Positions 12,947 to 27,700 are shown, counted from the first letter of the stretch. The stretch: DNA of 64,000 bases from Squalus acanthias (GCA_030390025.1 CM059432.1:94986001-95050000); one strand, 5' to 3'. A program made the numbers and translations. Notes: generated by a model not told the origin, from the sequence alone.

Positions 12947-13981
12947 TTGGCAGTCAAGAATGCGAACCTGGGCAGATTCCCCCCCCCCCCCCCCCCCCTC
13001 CTCCCTTAGCCATGATTCTGTGTTGTATTTTATACCTACATGTTGAGTCTTAAATCTACTCACGATGAGTAGCAAAATGTGGTCTAGCTTTGCTAATGTT
13101 TAAGTTGTTGGAAGTATCAAAGATAAGGGGTAATTTTCTGCTTTTATGCTCATGGTGTGGCGCAGCGTATGCCAGGTGTGCCCATCAGAATATGGTATGT
13201 GAGAATAGTGTGCCCTTTAATAGATGGAAATGAGGCAGGCTGTGTAATGTTAATGTGCAATATCCTTTACACCAAGATATTCTGACATCCTGGTGTGTGC
13301 TACTCTGCACCTGGAATAGTGGATAAGTAATTTGAGAAAAAGTTTTTGTAACACCCTATCACAACCACTAGATGTCACTAATCATTTAGAAATATGCTGT
13401 CATACAATATTTTAAAATATATCTGTAGTGTCTGCACAACATTAATAGGGATTGAATCGCAATGGGACCTGTACATTAAAGGGGATTGTAACTATATACG
13501 CCAATGTACTCCTGACAATTTACGGTAATTTTCTGCTACATGGGTAGCTGTCAAATAGTCTGATAAAAGGTAAAAGCACGTTCAATAATATTGATTGCTT
13601 AACATCATCATAGTTTGGACTGTTCTTTATGTGCCACTCCCTGTGAAAGTTGTGCTCTTGATCTCCCTAGTCCCTTCCATCGCCTTTGGGCAGACCTCAG
13701 CCTGGCCTTCTCCTTGACTACATTGCCCAGTTTGGCCTTAGTACTGTTTTGCCATAAATCACAAACTAGTACTATTTCTACAAAGAATTGCATGACGTAC
13801 TATATAGTATGGGTCTTGTGATACAGTCATCCATGCCTCTGTAGGATTTTCACTGTTATTGGATTCATTCCCCGTACATTTCATTTAACTACTCATTGGC
13901 CGCATATCATTGTACAATTGCACTTCTGTGAAGTGCTTTGGGAAGTCTTTGTACATAATGGCACTATATAAATGTAAGTTA

Positions 13982-14410
13982 CATAATAAATAGGAGCAGG
14001 AGTAGGCCATTTGGCCCCTCGAGCCTGCTCTGCCATTCAATAAGATCATGGCTGATCATCTTCCTCATCTCCAATTTCCTGCACTATCCCCATATCCCTT
14101 GGTTCCCTTAATATTCAAAAATCTATTGCGCTCTGTCTTGAATATACTCAATGACTGAGCCTCCACAGCCCTCTGGGGTAGAGAATTCCAAAGATTCACC
14201 ACCCTCTCGAGTGAAGAAATTTCTCCTCATCTCAGTCCTAAATGGCCAACCCCTTATTCTGAGACACTGACCCCCTGGTTCTAGACTCCCCAGCCAGGGG
14301 AAACATCCTCCCTGCATCTACCCTGTCAAGCCCTGTAAGAATTTTGTATGTTTCAATGAGATCACCTCTCATTCTTCTAAACTCGAGAGAATATAGGCCT
14401 AGTCTACTCA
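13982..14410 (-). mobile_element. CR1 LINE 3' fragment
   Basis: Minus-strand LRIRGWPFRTEMRRNFF; tail matches 12600-12690. Confidence 0.9.
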
Positions 14411-15488
14411 CGTTGTTAACTCTTCACTCAAGTGCCACCTCTGATTCGACAGCAACTTGCATTTGTATAGCACCCTTAACATTGTAAAACGCCTCACAGA
14501 AAAGTCTTCTATTCTGAACTGAGGTTTTCTTCCTCTCCCTGAGTTGGCTCCTTGTTATGTGCTGTTATGTGGCAGGGTTTTTTTTTTTAAATTTCAATCC
14601 GTCTCAACAAAGAATAATCATCGATATGATATCAATGTCCTCTCCATCTCTTGCATAAATGGGTCTTTCAAAAGTAACCAACAATTTTTTTTTTAGGAGA
14701 AAACTGTTTGTCCAACAGTTGGAAAATCACTAGTTATGTATGACATGCTCACAACTTTATCACTTAAGTTTTCCAGTCAGCCTTCTCATGGAAGAAAACG
14801 TATCACACTGATAGCTTTAGCATATCCTTCATTTGGAAATAGTTTTGGCATATAAAAGTTTTAAATAACTCGATTACCTGTTCCATTAAATTGATTTTGG
14901 ACAACTTCCTCAGATATTTTGCTATATTTATAAAGACTTTACCTGCCAAAAATGTTCATTTATTGTTTTAAAATGATAGTCTGGGGATCTAGATATCAGA
15001 TGCTTTCACCCCTGGGGCCTGAATTTATGTCCAGATTAATTTCTACTCAGCTGTAAGTATCTTGGTTTGCAAAATTCAACCCGTTCCTAGTAGATGCAGT
15101 ACAGGCTCATTGCACAAAACTGTCCTCAATTAAGCTTTCATTTGCTTATTGGGAGATAAGTGACGGTAATGAGGATCTTTGAACCCATGACAAGAGACTT
15201 CTTTAACAGCACTGCAAGATGAAAGTAAATAGCAGGATATACTTGAAGATGAGAGAAACCTTTATAAACACAGTTGGATGAAGTCCTTCATCAATACTGT
15301 GAAATATTAGGCAACCCATGAAAAAATCAAATTTCAATATTTTTGTTGTTACCAAATAATGTTCTTTGTAGATGATACTGCATTTGATCATTGTCAGTCA
15401 TATGTGTCCATAGGTGTTAAACCATTGAAAAGCCATATTCAAAATCTTTGAGCAAAATGGGCTCTTTAGGAGTTTACTTGTATTGCAG

Positions 15489-15589
15489 GTAGTGGAAATA
15501 TTACTCCTCTTCAGCGAGACAAGGACAATACCAACGTCAATGCAGATGTGCAGAAGCTCCAGCAACAGTTACAGGATATCAAGGAACAG
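15489..15589 (+). CDS. MIB1: MIB1 coding exon (coiled coil before RING3)
   Basis: AG at 15487-15488, GT at 15590; (S)[33 protein letters not shown]. Confidence 0.97.
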
Positions 15590-18065
15590 GTAAAATGCTA
15601 CAGAAAATGAAACAATGATTTAGATGCAATTTCTGCTTTGAGAACTCGAGGAAACCAAACACTAGGGAGATGAGGACTAACTGTGAGAGTGGGATTGCTG
15701 TGACAGACTTAAAATGTACTTTTATTATGCTCAGATATATAATTTTGTAAAATATACAAATAAAGTGGATTAGGAAGTTGTGCAGTCAGAGGGGATTCTG
15801 ACACTACCAGCAATCTATTCTGAGTTCAACTTGGGTCTTCATTTAATTTAAAAATAACTCTTGGGGATTTCTACAGGTTAGCCTTTCTTCTAAATTGATA
15901 GCCTTGAAGGAACATAGCAGTATTTTCATTTGCATAGAATTTACAGCACAGAAACAAACCATTTGGCCCAACTGGTTATAATACTAAAGTGTTACTGGAG
16001 TATACTGATGACCAATGGAATTGTAGGGCACTGGTTTATACCTAATTATTCATGTTGTATATAACGAATCTTTGCTAGGTCTTTTGTTGGAGATAGAAGA
16101 GAAAAAGGCCAAATCAATGTGTTGTGCTTTTCTGTGAAGAGGGAAAAGTGAAAATTCTGTGTCCATGATTACTTTTTTCACAACTTAATGACCAATATGG
16201 AAGCAACATTATAATGGTCTGGGAGCAGGTTGGTTATCCATCATCTTGACTAGATAATGGTGTAAGGAGCTAGGAAAAAATAGATGGAGAAACTAACTTG
16301 AATGTTAAAAATATGTTTACATTGCAAAATGTAATCAGGGTCTTAAAAGCTATATGCCTGTAATGTCTAAGTTACATTGCAAACTTAGATCTGGAGTGTA
16401 ACTCTTATGGATTTAACTCCAGAGAAAATGTTTTCAACAAATGAATTTTTATATTGACACGACCAAGGGTTTGTATATCCAAAGTTCGGTTCTTAACAAC
16501 ATTGGGTTTCAGAGAGATGACAAATGAAGATTTGTATTTCCAACTAGTGGAAACACCATTCAGTGTGTTAATCTTTAGGTCATGGAAATGATTGCATTAC
16601 ATCATGCATTTTATGGTGAGCTGTACTAGTTGTATGCAGCTCATGAGTTCCTTGTAACTGCCTAGCAAGGGCTCAAACCTGTGCTCACTAGTTGTATAAT
16701 AACCAACTAATGACTTGCCACATGGATGAGGGGACAGTAATTGGAGCCTAGTTGGCTCCAAGGTGACACTTCTGGCAATGAAAGATTAGACCCGAGTCAA
16801 TACTCCTGCCCTGTGCATTCTCAGTAGTTCAGTAACTGATCCAGGAAAATCTGCATTACTCCAGGACACTTGATGTTTGATCCACCAGGCCTAGCTCATT
16901 ATTGGGACCTGGATGGGGTAGTCCTGTCAATGGGGACTGGATTATTCCCAGTGAACTCTAGATAACCCTGCAAGGCAGTGCCCCAATGGGTAGCTTGGTC
17001 TTAGCTGGACAAGCAGCACAAAGCTTACTAGTGCTATATAAAAAGCTGTGTCGTATTAACTTGTTAACCGCTAATGGTACCTCTGTATACACTGAGGAGG
17101 AGTCCCTACAATATGGCTGTTGCCACCCTGCACCTGAGCTAATAGGAACTAAATGGAGTGTGTCCCTAATGAGTGAGAGTATGCACTCCAATTCAGGCAA
17201 ACAGAAACTTTACCTGTGCGGATTCCTCTATAACTTAGTTTGAAGATACTCAAGCATGGTGACAGATATCTGTGCATGTCAAAATACCTAGTTGACCAAA
17301 AGAATAGCTGAGTTTGATATTAAAACTTACAGAATTGTAAAATTGAAGCATTTATTGGCCTCATAAGTAGTAAATGACCACCAGTTATATAGCTAAATGT
17401 GTTTAAATGATTTCTCTAGAATGTTTCTACTGCAATCGTGTATATTGATATCAAATGTGAAGTAAATATCCCCACCCACCCCAAAATTTGTATCGGGTTA
17501 TGCATCTCTGAGAAACTGTGGGACTAGAGCGATGCAAGAGTCCTCTTTTAATATACACCTCTGATGTAACTACTGCATGTCCAGTGGTTCATTAAGGGTC
17601 TTTAAGCTGCTGTAGTATAAAGTAATATTGTCCCTTTTTTACTACAATACCATCATTGAGTAATTTCCGCCCAATTGTTTGTGGCAGACAGGTTCTGCTG
17701 CTTTGGCTACAAATTGCATGGGATTAATTTAGCTGACTGAGAACATCTTGCCTATGTGAAGTAGTTGCATATTTTTTTGTTTTGATGCAGTTCAGACAGA
17801 ATGAACAGTAGAAAGTACATTTATTAAATTTATGTTACGCTGTAAGAAAAGAATGAGGAAGGTATTGAGTTCAAACCATGGGTGAATACCTCGTTCAGCC
17901 TTCATAGTTATAAATTTTTCACATATGCAACAGAATTCCCGTTGTGCACAATCCCAGTACGTACCAATAAATGGGGTGTTGTACAAGACCAAACCTTCAG
18001 AGTAATGTTATGTCAAAATGCTCACAATGTATTTGATGTTCTGAAATACAGATAGCTATCAGTGA

Positions 18066-18230
<165 letters not shown>

Positions 18231-21200
18231 ACTAAGAGAGTATTGTCTGAATACAAAACAGCACGACAACAACCACACCTGTATCATATTTGCAAATAAA
18301 TTATTTTGGGTAGTTCTTTTCTGTATGTGCTATGGCAGTTTGATCATAAACTCTGGAGCCTTTTCCATTTTATATAGTACGGAAGATCTTGCATTTATAT
18401 GCATAGTTCTTTACCACCAGTCATCAAAAAGCTTTATTGATGAGACCTGTTTGGAGCGATGCTACCAGCTCTAAGCTTAGCTCCTGATGCATTTGATTGC
18501 ATTCCTATGGCAGATAAAAGGGCTCTGTAGGCTACAACAAGAAAGCAGCAAATAAATGTATTTTTCTTCTGAGAAAGTACATACAACAGAAGCTAGCCCT
18601 TTAAACTTATTATTTTAACAACTTCAAAAAGTATGCATGACTTCCTGAAAATTTACTTCAGTTTTAAACACATTTCTGTCCAGTCTTGCATACTTACTTT
18701 TCTGCAGTTATTGAGCTTAACACATCCCTATATGTGGCAGTTTAGAACTCATCAGCTAAGACTAATTTTCTGCAGTTAATCACTTATTCACATAGGCAAC
18801 AGATCCTCCTCTGCGGAGCTCCGCTGCCCAGGTGAAAAGCTTTTGAAGTTAAATTGGCTTTACTATTTAGAATTTGCCGGTTCAGTTAATCTTTCCATTA
18901 CCGTATCTTGCATACAGGTGTTTAAAGTGTGTTGTTTTAGCCTGAATAATACCTCAGCAAATTAATTGGGTGCTACCTTGTATAGTATGGGGAATTTTAA
19001 ACAGTTAAAATGGACTTTGTATATGCTGTGGAATTTAATACTGCAGAGTATTCTCATCAATTTTACTACATAAAACTGGCATCCATTATAAAATGTCTTT
19101 ATTTCGTGTTTCTGACGCATTTCATAGAGTCTATCCTCCAAAGGAACATGATCGGCTGCATTAGAATACCTAGCTTTAGTAGCCCCTTGGGTTGGTAAGT
19201 TGGCATTTATCAAAATTTGGAACAGATGTTAACGTAGTAGTGCTTTAGACTAAGTTTAAATGCAGTAAAGACTATAAGAGGGCTTGCAACAGTGTGTGCT
19301 GCAAAAGTAAGAAAATAAATCTGAGGGTATAGTAATTGCAACTTGAAAGGGGTTGAAAATTTTGCTATTCTAAGATCCAGAGTTTAAGATGTTTAGGGGG
19401 TCTAGAGCAACAGGAAATAATTTGAAATCCACAAGTTAGTGGAAATGCTAAATTATACTGTTAATTTCTGGAGGCAAGTAATCCCATATATTTTTGCATG
19501 TTCAGATGCATTAACGTGCACTAGTTTGAATTCTAATCATGCATACATTGATCATCATAGAGCCATTTTGATGTTTGACATTTTTACAGGCTTTGGGCAC
19601 GTGCAGGTGTGCAAGAGCAGATTTTCTTCTCTCTGAAAGTGCCTAGTCTGTGCTCAGCAGCACCTCTACATGACCTGACTAAAATCAGGAGCTCACTGTA
19701 GAATTATAGTTGGCAGTCCAAATTCCAGCTATCAGTGGTGTAATGCATTCATGCACCAATACATTTGCACCACTGGGCTGCTCAAGGATGGTACAAACCA
19801 TCTTATCTGTGCCGTCAGTTCACTGTGGCTCTGACTTTTAAGGAAGAAATTAATTTTTTTAGACATGTTGGAATATATTGTATGAAATTTAGCTGGAGAT
19901 GAATAACTGATGTCCACACTTGCTTGTTGGCATGTTTTGTATGTGGTTTCCTAATGCCATTTCTACATTTTGGCTCCAAACCAACTGGATATTTATCCTT
20001 CTACAATGCATTATTGCACCAACAACCCATTGTCTTACATGGACTGTTATATTTGATTTCTGTCACGTAAAGCTGCTATTACATTCATACAGCTTGATTA
20101 TCACTTTTCTGCTGAAATAGAATGTTGCATCTTGGAGATCCAACACAGTGGGCTTCTAGGCTTCATTTACGTGGAACGGAGCAATTTTGAAGTTCCAGGT
20201 TATATTTGAATCAAAATGGCAGCTGGCAGAGAAAGCAATGCACAGTTGAGGAAAATGAATCAGGAAAAGGATCTGAAACAGAATTAAAAGCTATTTACAG
20301 TTAAATAAGCTGGCATTTTATATATAAAATTGCTAAAGAATTTCTACCTTGAAATCTCTGGAGTGTGCAAACCTCCATAGTTTGGCAGATCATGACACAG
20401 GATGCACATTGATAGCATTGCTAGATTTATTTTTTTGAATTTATTTTGAAATCAAAAGCTTTCTCCAACCACCACAATAATTCTAAATGGTCACTGAATG
20501 CCTAGCAGCAGATTGCACAGCTTATCAGTGTTGTGATTTCTGAAATGCAAGATTAAGCTTTTTCCATTTTACTGCAGCTAGTCTGGGTATGTGTCTTGTT
20601 CATGTTTAAGCTGATTTTTTTTACTGCTTTGTGGTATGAGAATTTAGCAATTTGCATGATACTGATTTTTTCAAGTTTAAATTTATGGCTAAATCAGTTT
20701 TATTTTTAGGATTATACTGTATTGCAACTTAAATATTTTATAATAGTATTAAAATGGTTGAATAATTTTAACTAACTCTTTAGGAGTTAGTTTTATCGTA
20801 CTAATATTTTGCATTTAAAAATATTAGTTGGAAATTAAGTTAGTGGTAACAAGAGGATTTGTACAATAACATTTCTTGTCAAATTGCAATTCATAATTAA
20901 AATTAATAATTTCAGATGCCAATTCTAAACTCTTGGCTCTGCTTGGTAACCTGAAGACAAGGAAGCCTCGCAGCTTTCTAATAGTCTCTGATAGTCTGTG
21001 ACTGCCTCTTGCTGGTTGATTACAGTTCTGCATTTATTGCCATTGAAAGATTGGCAACATTCCAATCATTATCCACACTATTTGGAGGGGTTCCTGTGAA
21101 TGTTGAATTGGGAAAAATAGCCCATTATCGTGACTATTGAGTCTAAATGTCTGACTGCGGTAAGGGGGGAAAAGGAAGAGGACAGAGTAAAGAGGGAAAT

Positions 21201-22270
21201 CCCAGTTTTTACTCAGAATCTTGCTGTAAGTAATAGAGCCAATCAAATGATTGGTTCAAATTGAGATGAGATACATTTCACAAACTATAAGCTTTTTATT
21301 AATTTTGCCTTTGCTTTGTGCAGCTTGAGCTGTATTAGATGTACCTGCAAGTTTGCTTTGCCTCTTGTGTAGGTGATTCATCAACAGTGAAACTGGCTGT
21401 AGAACAAGATTAGTTGCCTTGTATTTATCTTATTTATTTAGTATTTTGCTTTAACAGACAGTGATATCTTTTTCTGTTGGGTGCTTATTCTCCAACAATA
21501 AGTTTCTTACACTTATCAACATACATTACTTTACTCTTGTGATAGAATGAACCTGTGTGTAAAGTTGGTGAGTCATTCTTAACTTACTGGCTATTCATCA
21601 TAGTGTCGTAGTAGTAAGTAGGGTTGCTTATAATTATATAATGAAGTTTTTGTAATGTTCATGCTAATTGAATTGAAAGTACTCTTGTTTTATCAAATCA
21701 CTTCATATTTTGTCATTCAAATGCTGGTTACTAATGGATAAGTGGACATTTTGAATTCAATTTTCCCCCTTTTGAGATAAATATTTTGCTGCCTTTGTTT
21801 TAAAGGGAAAATTGTCCCCTTTTAACTATTAGTACTTCTTACAGTCAATGGGGCGGGGGGAAATCTGCAAACCTGCTCATTAAAGGGGGTGATTTCTGAC
21901 CAAACTGTCCACTCATCTTTTTGCTACGCTGTATAGTGTCTGAACGCAGCAGTACTGTGCTTTGTCAATGAAAATTGCACAACCAAGTCAAAGCTTTAGA
22001 AATAAAGACTCATTTATATTCTTTGGTTAACCTGCCTGACATGATTTAAAATCTAAGAGAACAATGGAAACCTTTCAAAACTATGGAGGCATGACCAACA
22101 CTGCTACATCACCAGTGCAGAATCTGTAAGTGGCCTTGAAGTTCAGCTAAACCTATAGGAAGAATACAAAAAGTGTTGAAGATCATGACATTGAGGACAA
22201 GTGATGCTTCTCTTCACATGGGATGTACTTGTGTATTATCTGAATAAAAGTAGGATGTTTGTATCAACAG
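18231..22270 (+). other. MIB1: Putative long MIB1 3' UTR; end uncertain
   Basis: About 4 kb with no recognisable repeat, unlike the rest of the window; AATAAA at 22001 and 22243. Confidence 0.5.
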
Positions 22271-23095
22271 GATTTTTTTAGACTTTATGCCGTGCAACAT
22301 GCTTCAACTTTATATGATTACAATCATTTCCTCTTGTGTGAGACTCCCACATTTATTCAGTCTGCATTTATGAACACTGCATTAAATCACTTTTTTTTTA
22401 AACATAAAACAAATGTGAATGCCCCAGTTTTAAGCCTTCGATATGGCATAATTGTGTTAGAAGATTACAGCACGTCAAAAAAGGAAACAACATTAGACCA
22501 TTTTTTTCTCTAATAAGGTAGAGATGTTTTACTATGCCTTTTCTGATTACCCACTATAGTCAGCATTTTTTAATTGAGGGCTAAAATGACCCACTTTTAA
22601 ACTTATCCTTTGTTTATGTTCTGTATATCAGTTTGACTATTTGCATATTAAGTGAATTAGCTGAATACTTACCTGATGTAAGTACTGTAAATATAATTTT
22701 GGTTTTGACGTACTTTTAATAAGTTAGAACGATGCTTAAAATTTATGTAATTCAGTACATGCTTCGTTCATTACAGAGTAGTATAGCAAATTTGAGTATT
22801 ACTGTTTGCATTGAGCCCACATTATTGGGATGAAATCTCTTCCCTTTAACAGCTGTAAAGGTCCCACATGAAATGAATTTGACCGGTCAGCTCCTTTCTT
22901 ATGGGCACAATTCCACAGCACAAAATGATCTACAGTTCAGAACCAAATTATCATTTTTACTTACCAAGGTCATATTGATGAATGATGTGGGAAAAAATCA
23001 CACTGGTGCAACAGGATATGTTTTTCACAAGGTTACGTGGCTATATCTGACCTGGGAGTACTTGATGTTATACGTGGTGCTCAAAGTAGAATATT

Positions 23096-23611
23096 GACCT
23101 GGAATTTGCGGTCAGTGGCGATGCGGAGGCGTCGCCGCTGGCCCCAAAGAAAGATGTCCACAAAGATCTTGCGATCTCTGTGGCGTAAAGTTTGCCTTTC
23201 TTGACGCGCAAGTCAGATCAGTGTAGAATAGTGGGGAATTCCTAGTGCGATGCTGCTGTGATGTCAACAAGCTGTCTAAGCAGCCAATCACAATGCAAAA
23301 TTCTCAGACGGGGAGCCAGGAAGTGAAGAAGTTGCTTTTATTCAGACTTTTAAAAAATGTTAGAGAGCAAAACAAATATGAACAAACCGCAGGTAGGCCC
23401 CCCTGACCCCGTCGGACATAGCGTCTGGCAGTAAGTCAGGTGGTGCTACCGAAAATCGCGAGCGGGGCGCTGCGCAGGGCGATGACATCATCGCCGGCGC
23501 CGCTAACTTTTAGCGCCGCCGCTAACCTCTCGCTGAATTTTGCGGTTGGCGGTGCCGCGCCCGGGCGCTAGTTGCTTTGCGGGAGTTGCAAAGCAACTGA
23601 ATTTTTCCCCC
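23096..23611. mobile_element. GC-rich non-autonomous PIF/Harbinger-type element
   Basis: CpG-rich block with termini GACCTGGAATTT... and ...AATTTTTCCCCC resembling other Harbinger ends here; TSD not clean. Confidence 0.55.
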
Positions 23612-24091
23612 TTTGTCTCTCTACCTTCCTTTTCTTCTTACACCCACCTGTTGGATTGAGGGTGAGCTTTGGCCACCTCCTAATCTTTCCTCCTTTGGCT
23701 CAGATTTTTTCCCCCACACCAATGTGATGCATCTTGGGATGTTTTCTACATTAAAGGTGTCAAATAAATGCAAGTTATTCTTTGCTGAACTGACAAGGTG
23801 ATGTATGTTCCTGGACTGGACGGCTTAGATGATGCAGGGTCACTAAAACTACAATTACAAGACTTAAAACTGATCTTGAGCAATACATAAAAATATTTGA
23901 AATAATTGACAATCAAGAGATTCATAAATTGTAGAAACCAAAGTGGAGCGAGAGGAGTAAATAGTTTGCATTTATTGTAGCATGTTTAACATCAGGAAGA
24001 CTTTACACTGGAGAAGGAAAAAAATGTAGAAGAAATTTTAGGGTTTTTTTATGTATGTTGGAGCATTCTCCCTCCAGTAGTAAAACTTGTA

Positions 24092-24766
24092 AGTCTAAAA
24101 ATTCAGCTTACTGAGGTCCCGATATGGAGGACAGGAAGCGTGTGCTGGAAGTGTGGTTCTCGCCATATTGGGCAAGGTGGATGCACTGGCCTCGAGCGCA
24201 CGTCGAGATTACTTAAAGGATAGAATATTTAATTTGAATTGGGATGCTGCGCTTCTTGCAGGACCTGTTTTCAATTTTTGAATGTCCCAACGTTTCACTC
24301 GCCACGTGCTGAACATGCTCAGCAACCCGTGGTGCTAACCGGCAGGAAGACCCCATCCCTCACCATCAATATTTAAAACGATCATGCAGTACTTGCAGGT
24401 TAGTTGCTGGTTTATCATTTCAGGCTGTTAGTTAACTTTTTTTTGGTGTGTTTCATCACTCTGGAAAGTTCACTTTGTCTAGACAGAGCAAGATTTTGCT
24501 GGTCTTACATTTTTTGGGCTGCCTCGCAGATAATTTGGCTGAAACCGTCTGGTAGGGATGCCTTGGGCTGGAGGATTAGGGGGAGCAGCAAGAAAGACAC
24601 CAGAGAGCAGTAGCAGCTGCCAGAAAGGGAGGAGGAGGAGAGCCCTACGCAGGAGACCATATCTCCTTCCAAAAGTGTTTCTCTGGTGTGTCTGCAGCCA
24701 GAATGCACCTCCCCTTTAAGAGGTGCTGGCTGCCTTTAATTGGCGTCAGACATCCAATTTCCACCC
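24092..24766 (+). mobile_element. Internally deleted Harbinger remnant
   Basis: Sequence near 24630-24680 (RRRRALRRRPY) resembles the transposase N-terminus at 34680; right end CAATTTCCACCC. Confidence 0.45.
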
Positions 24767-27700
24767 TCACAGCCCCCGCCTTTACAGGTGTGCAGCGAAT
24801 GAGTAATGCAGGTAGCAGTAACAAAAATTACATCCGGCCCTGGATCCAATTGCAACAGGCGCGTGCAGTGTGCACCCTGGGTGTGATCAGATTTCTAGAC
24901 CATAGTGTACAGACTAGATTTTTGCACAATACAAGAAGAAAATGGTTTAAGATATTTTCAGAGGAACTTGTGGGAAAATAATTAATCTTCCATATACAGT
25001 GAACAAGCAATCAGTCGAGTAGATTGATCTTTCTAAGAATTATTCCGACAGTGGTAATGTGTGTCACATGATCTCTCTAGCACACACTGCATGCAAAGCC
25101 TTATTTTGGATTTGCACTTCAGTTTGTTATTGTTTCGTCAGACCAAGAAGGATTATTCAACCACGTAGTTATTTTTACAAAGTTTGTCTAATTTTCTCTC
25201 CTAAAGCTACTGACGTGCTAGGCCACAATTCCATGGGTCCTGGCAGGCTTCAGGTAACTCAAGTTTTTCATTTTTCATGTGTAGTGCCTGACGGTGAATG
25301 CTGTTTAACCAATGAGAGGGACCACAGCCAAGCCTGTCCTTGCCCAAAATCCATACGCATGGGGAGGGTGGTATTTTTGTCTTCAGCACTTGGGCAGTAA
25401 ACCTGTGGGCTGGATTGTCCACCCATTGTAGAAATCGCCCAACTTTCTACCGATTTCAGTGGAAATTAAAATCAGGCAGTTTAATAACAGGCAGGTGATC
25501 CTCCCCAGCCCGCCAATTTATTGCTCAAGTGGTGATGATGAAAATTACCCCCGTGTGCTTCCATTGGATCGCAATTGGGAATGGGGAATACTGGCTGGTT
25601 TATTAGCAGACTCCTCTCCAGTCAAAATTATAGTACAACTAATGCTATCCTTGCTGAAAGCTGATCAGTAAATATAGACCACAAATGAAACCTTGGATTT
25701 ACCTGCTCAGTATGGCCTTTTACCAAAGCCAGACCGAGTTTACCCATAGGGCCATTGGGGGAATTATAACCTGGTGTTTCAGTTATTTGCTTACATTCCG
25801 TTGCACGAGTTATCACTAGTAGCTTATTTGTTTTGCAGTTTCTTTCATTGTTGATGTTCTGGTCCTGGTGCCATAAAATGCGTCATCATGCTTTGAAATG
25901 CTTTAAAAGCTTTGAATTTGGACTCTTAACATTTTGTATTTAGTCAGTGCCTGTAGTTACTTGGCTTTCCAGCATTTGGCATCCATAAGTAGTACTTAGT
26001 GTTTCTACATCACATAACTTGCAGTATATGGCCTATCAAAATTCTTAAAGAACTTGAAATGTTTCAAATTGATCCTGGAAGAAGTGGCAACACAAGATCC
26101 TTGGTGTAATACCAAATTATCACATTCAAGAAGCAAAAATGGCACCAAATGTCCCATGTTGCAGAATAAAGTGTATAACATCATAGTTGATCCTTGCACC
26201 AAATTACCCCCATTCCCAAAACATAAATGGAGGCAGATGATTGGAGCTCCTCACCCAACTTGTGATTGACTCAAATAACCACTATCTGTTTGCTTTGTAT
26301 TTAGTTAATGGGCTATTTTAGCCAATTCAGATAAGTAGGAAAGCTTCCAGTCAGTAATGAGCAAGCACAGTATAGCCATTAAATCAAATTTCCCATTTTT
26401 CAAACTCAGTAGAATGGATCCCGCAGCTCCAACCCAATGAACCAATCAAAATACTCAACTGTCTTCACGTTTTTGGTTGCTATTTTCCTGCTTCACTTTC
26501 ATTCATTGTATACAGATAAAAATTAATATAACTTAAATGCATTAAAAAAATTACTCTTTGGGGTGGGGGAATAAACTTAAAATTTGCCATTTAGCTTTAG
26601 AAATGCTAATGAGAATTTTTCCGTGTTCAGGCCTGTGCTTCTGGGGCTTGAATTCTGCTTCAGTTCTAGAGTTGTAAATTGTTCCAGAGTTGGATATTTT
26701 ACCTGGGTTTTAGGTGTTGGAATTTGTGTGTGTGGGGTGGGGAAAGAGAGAGAGAGAGATAATCCTGTGGCAACCAGATGCAAGAGGCAGAAGAAAAAAA
26801 ATCAACATTGAAATTTTGTGTGTGTGTGCTACGAAATATTAATTTTGAGGTATTTTGGATGAGGGTTTTTTTGTTTGTGCAGAGGCCAGAGGGGCTTGTT
26901 TAGCTGAGTACGCACACTGCAGTGAGAGTTCATTAGTCAGTCAGTCAGGCCCAACCTGTATGTATAATTACATTGCGTAAACCTAGTTTCTACAGCTCCC
27001 TAGTTGAGTCATGCTGACCATGCAGGTCCCAGATTTAATACCCTTGGATTATGCAAAGTAAAATCAGCCAGAGATTCTGTTCCTAATTCCTATCCAATCC
27101 AATAGCTCTTCACACAAGAAAAATGGTCACTTTGGCAAAGTATGGGAGGATGACCAGTACGCTTGAACCCAGCAAGAAGTCAATGCCCTCTGGAGAGGGG
27201 AGGGGAGGAAGGAGAAAAAAATGGTCTCAGTAGCTGTTGTTTCATCCATCAAAAAGATAAAGTGAAAATCCAGAATGAGACTTTGTAGTAGGCTGGAGGA
27301 GATCACATGGATTGTGACAACTGCAAGGATGAAGCAATTTCAAAGCAAGTATATTCTAATTTTTGAAGAATGTCTCAATCATTTATATATGGATGATGAA
27401 TGAACTATATAAAAAGAATGAGGAAAAATACATGGGGTAGATGATCCAAAAAAAGTTCTTTTGAAAAACTCTACGAAAATTTATTAAAAGTGGTTAATTT
27501 TCCATTACATAAAATAATATGCGCCCACAAATATTCAAAAGATCAACCTAGGGCTGCATCTTACTAAATATTACAACTGAAATGGTTTTTCTCATGCTAA
27601 GTTTGCTTTAACATAGACAAACCACGTTTATGCTTTCCTGATGGCAGTAATGCTAGAGAATAAGTAAGAGGATAGTTCAGTTGAAAATGGAATAATTATG

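Noticed and set aside
23096..23611. CpG island or promoter of a downstream gene
   Set aside because: Has MITE-like termini and no adjacent exon or credible ORF
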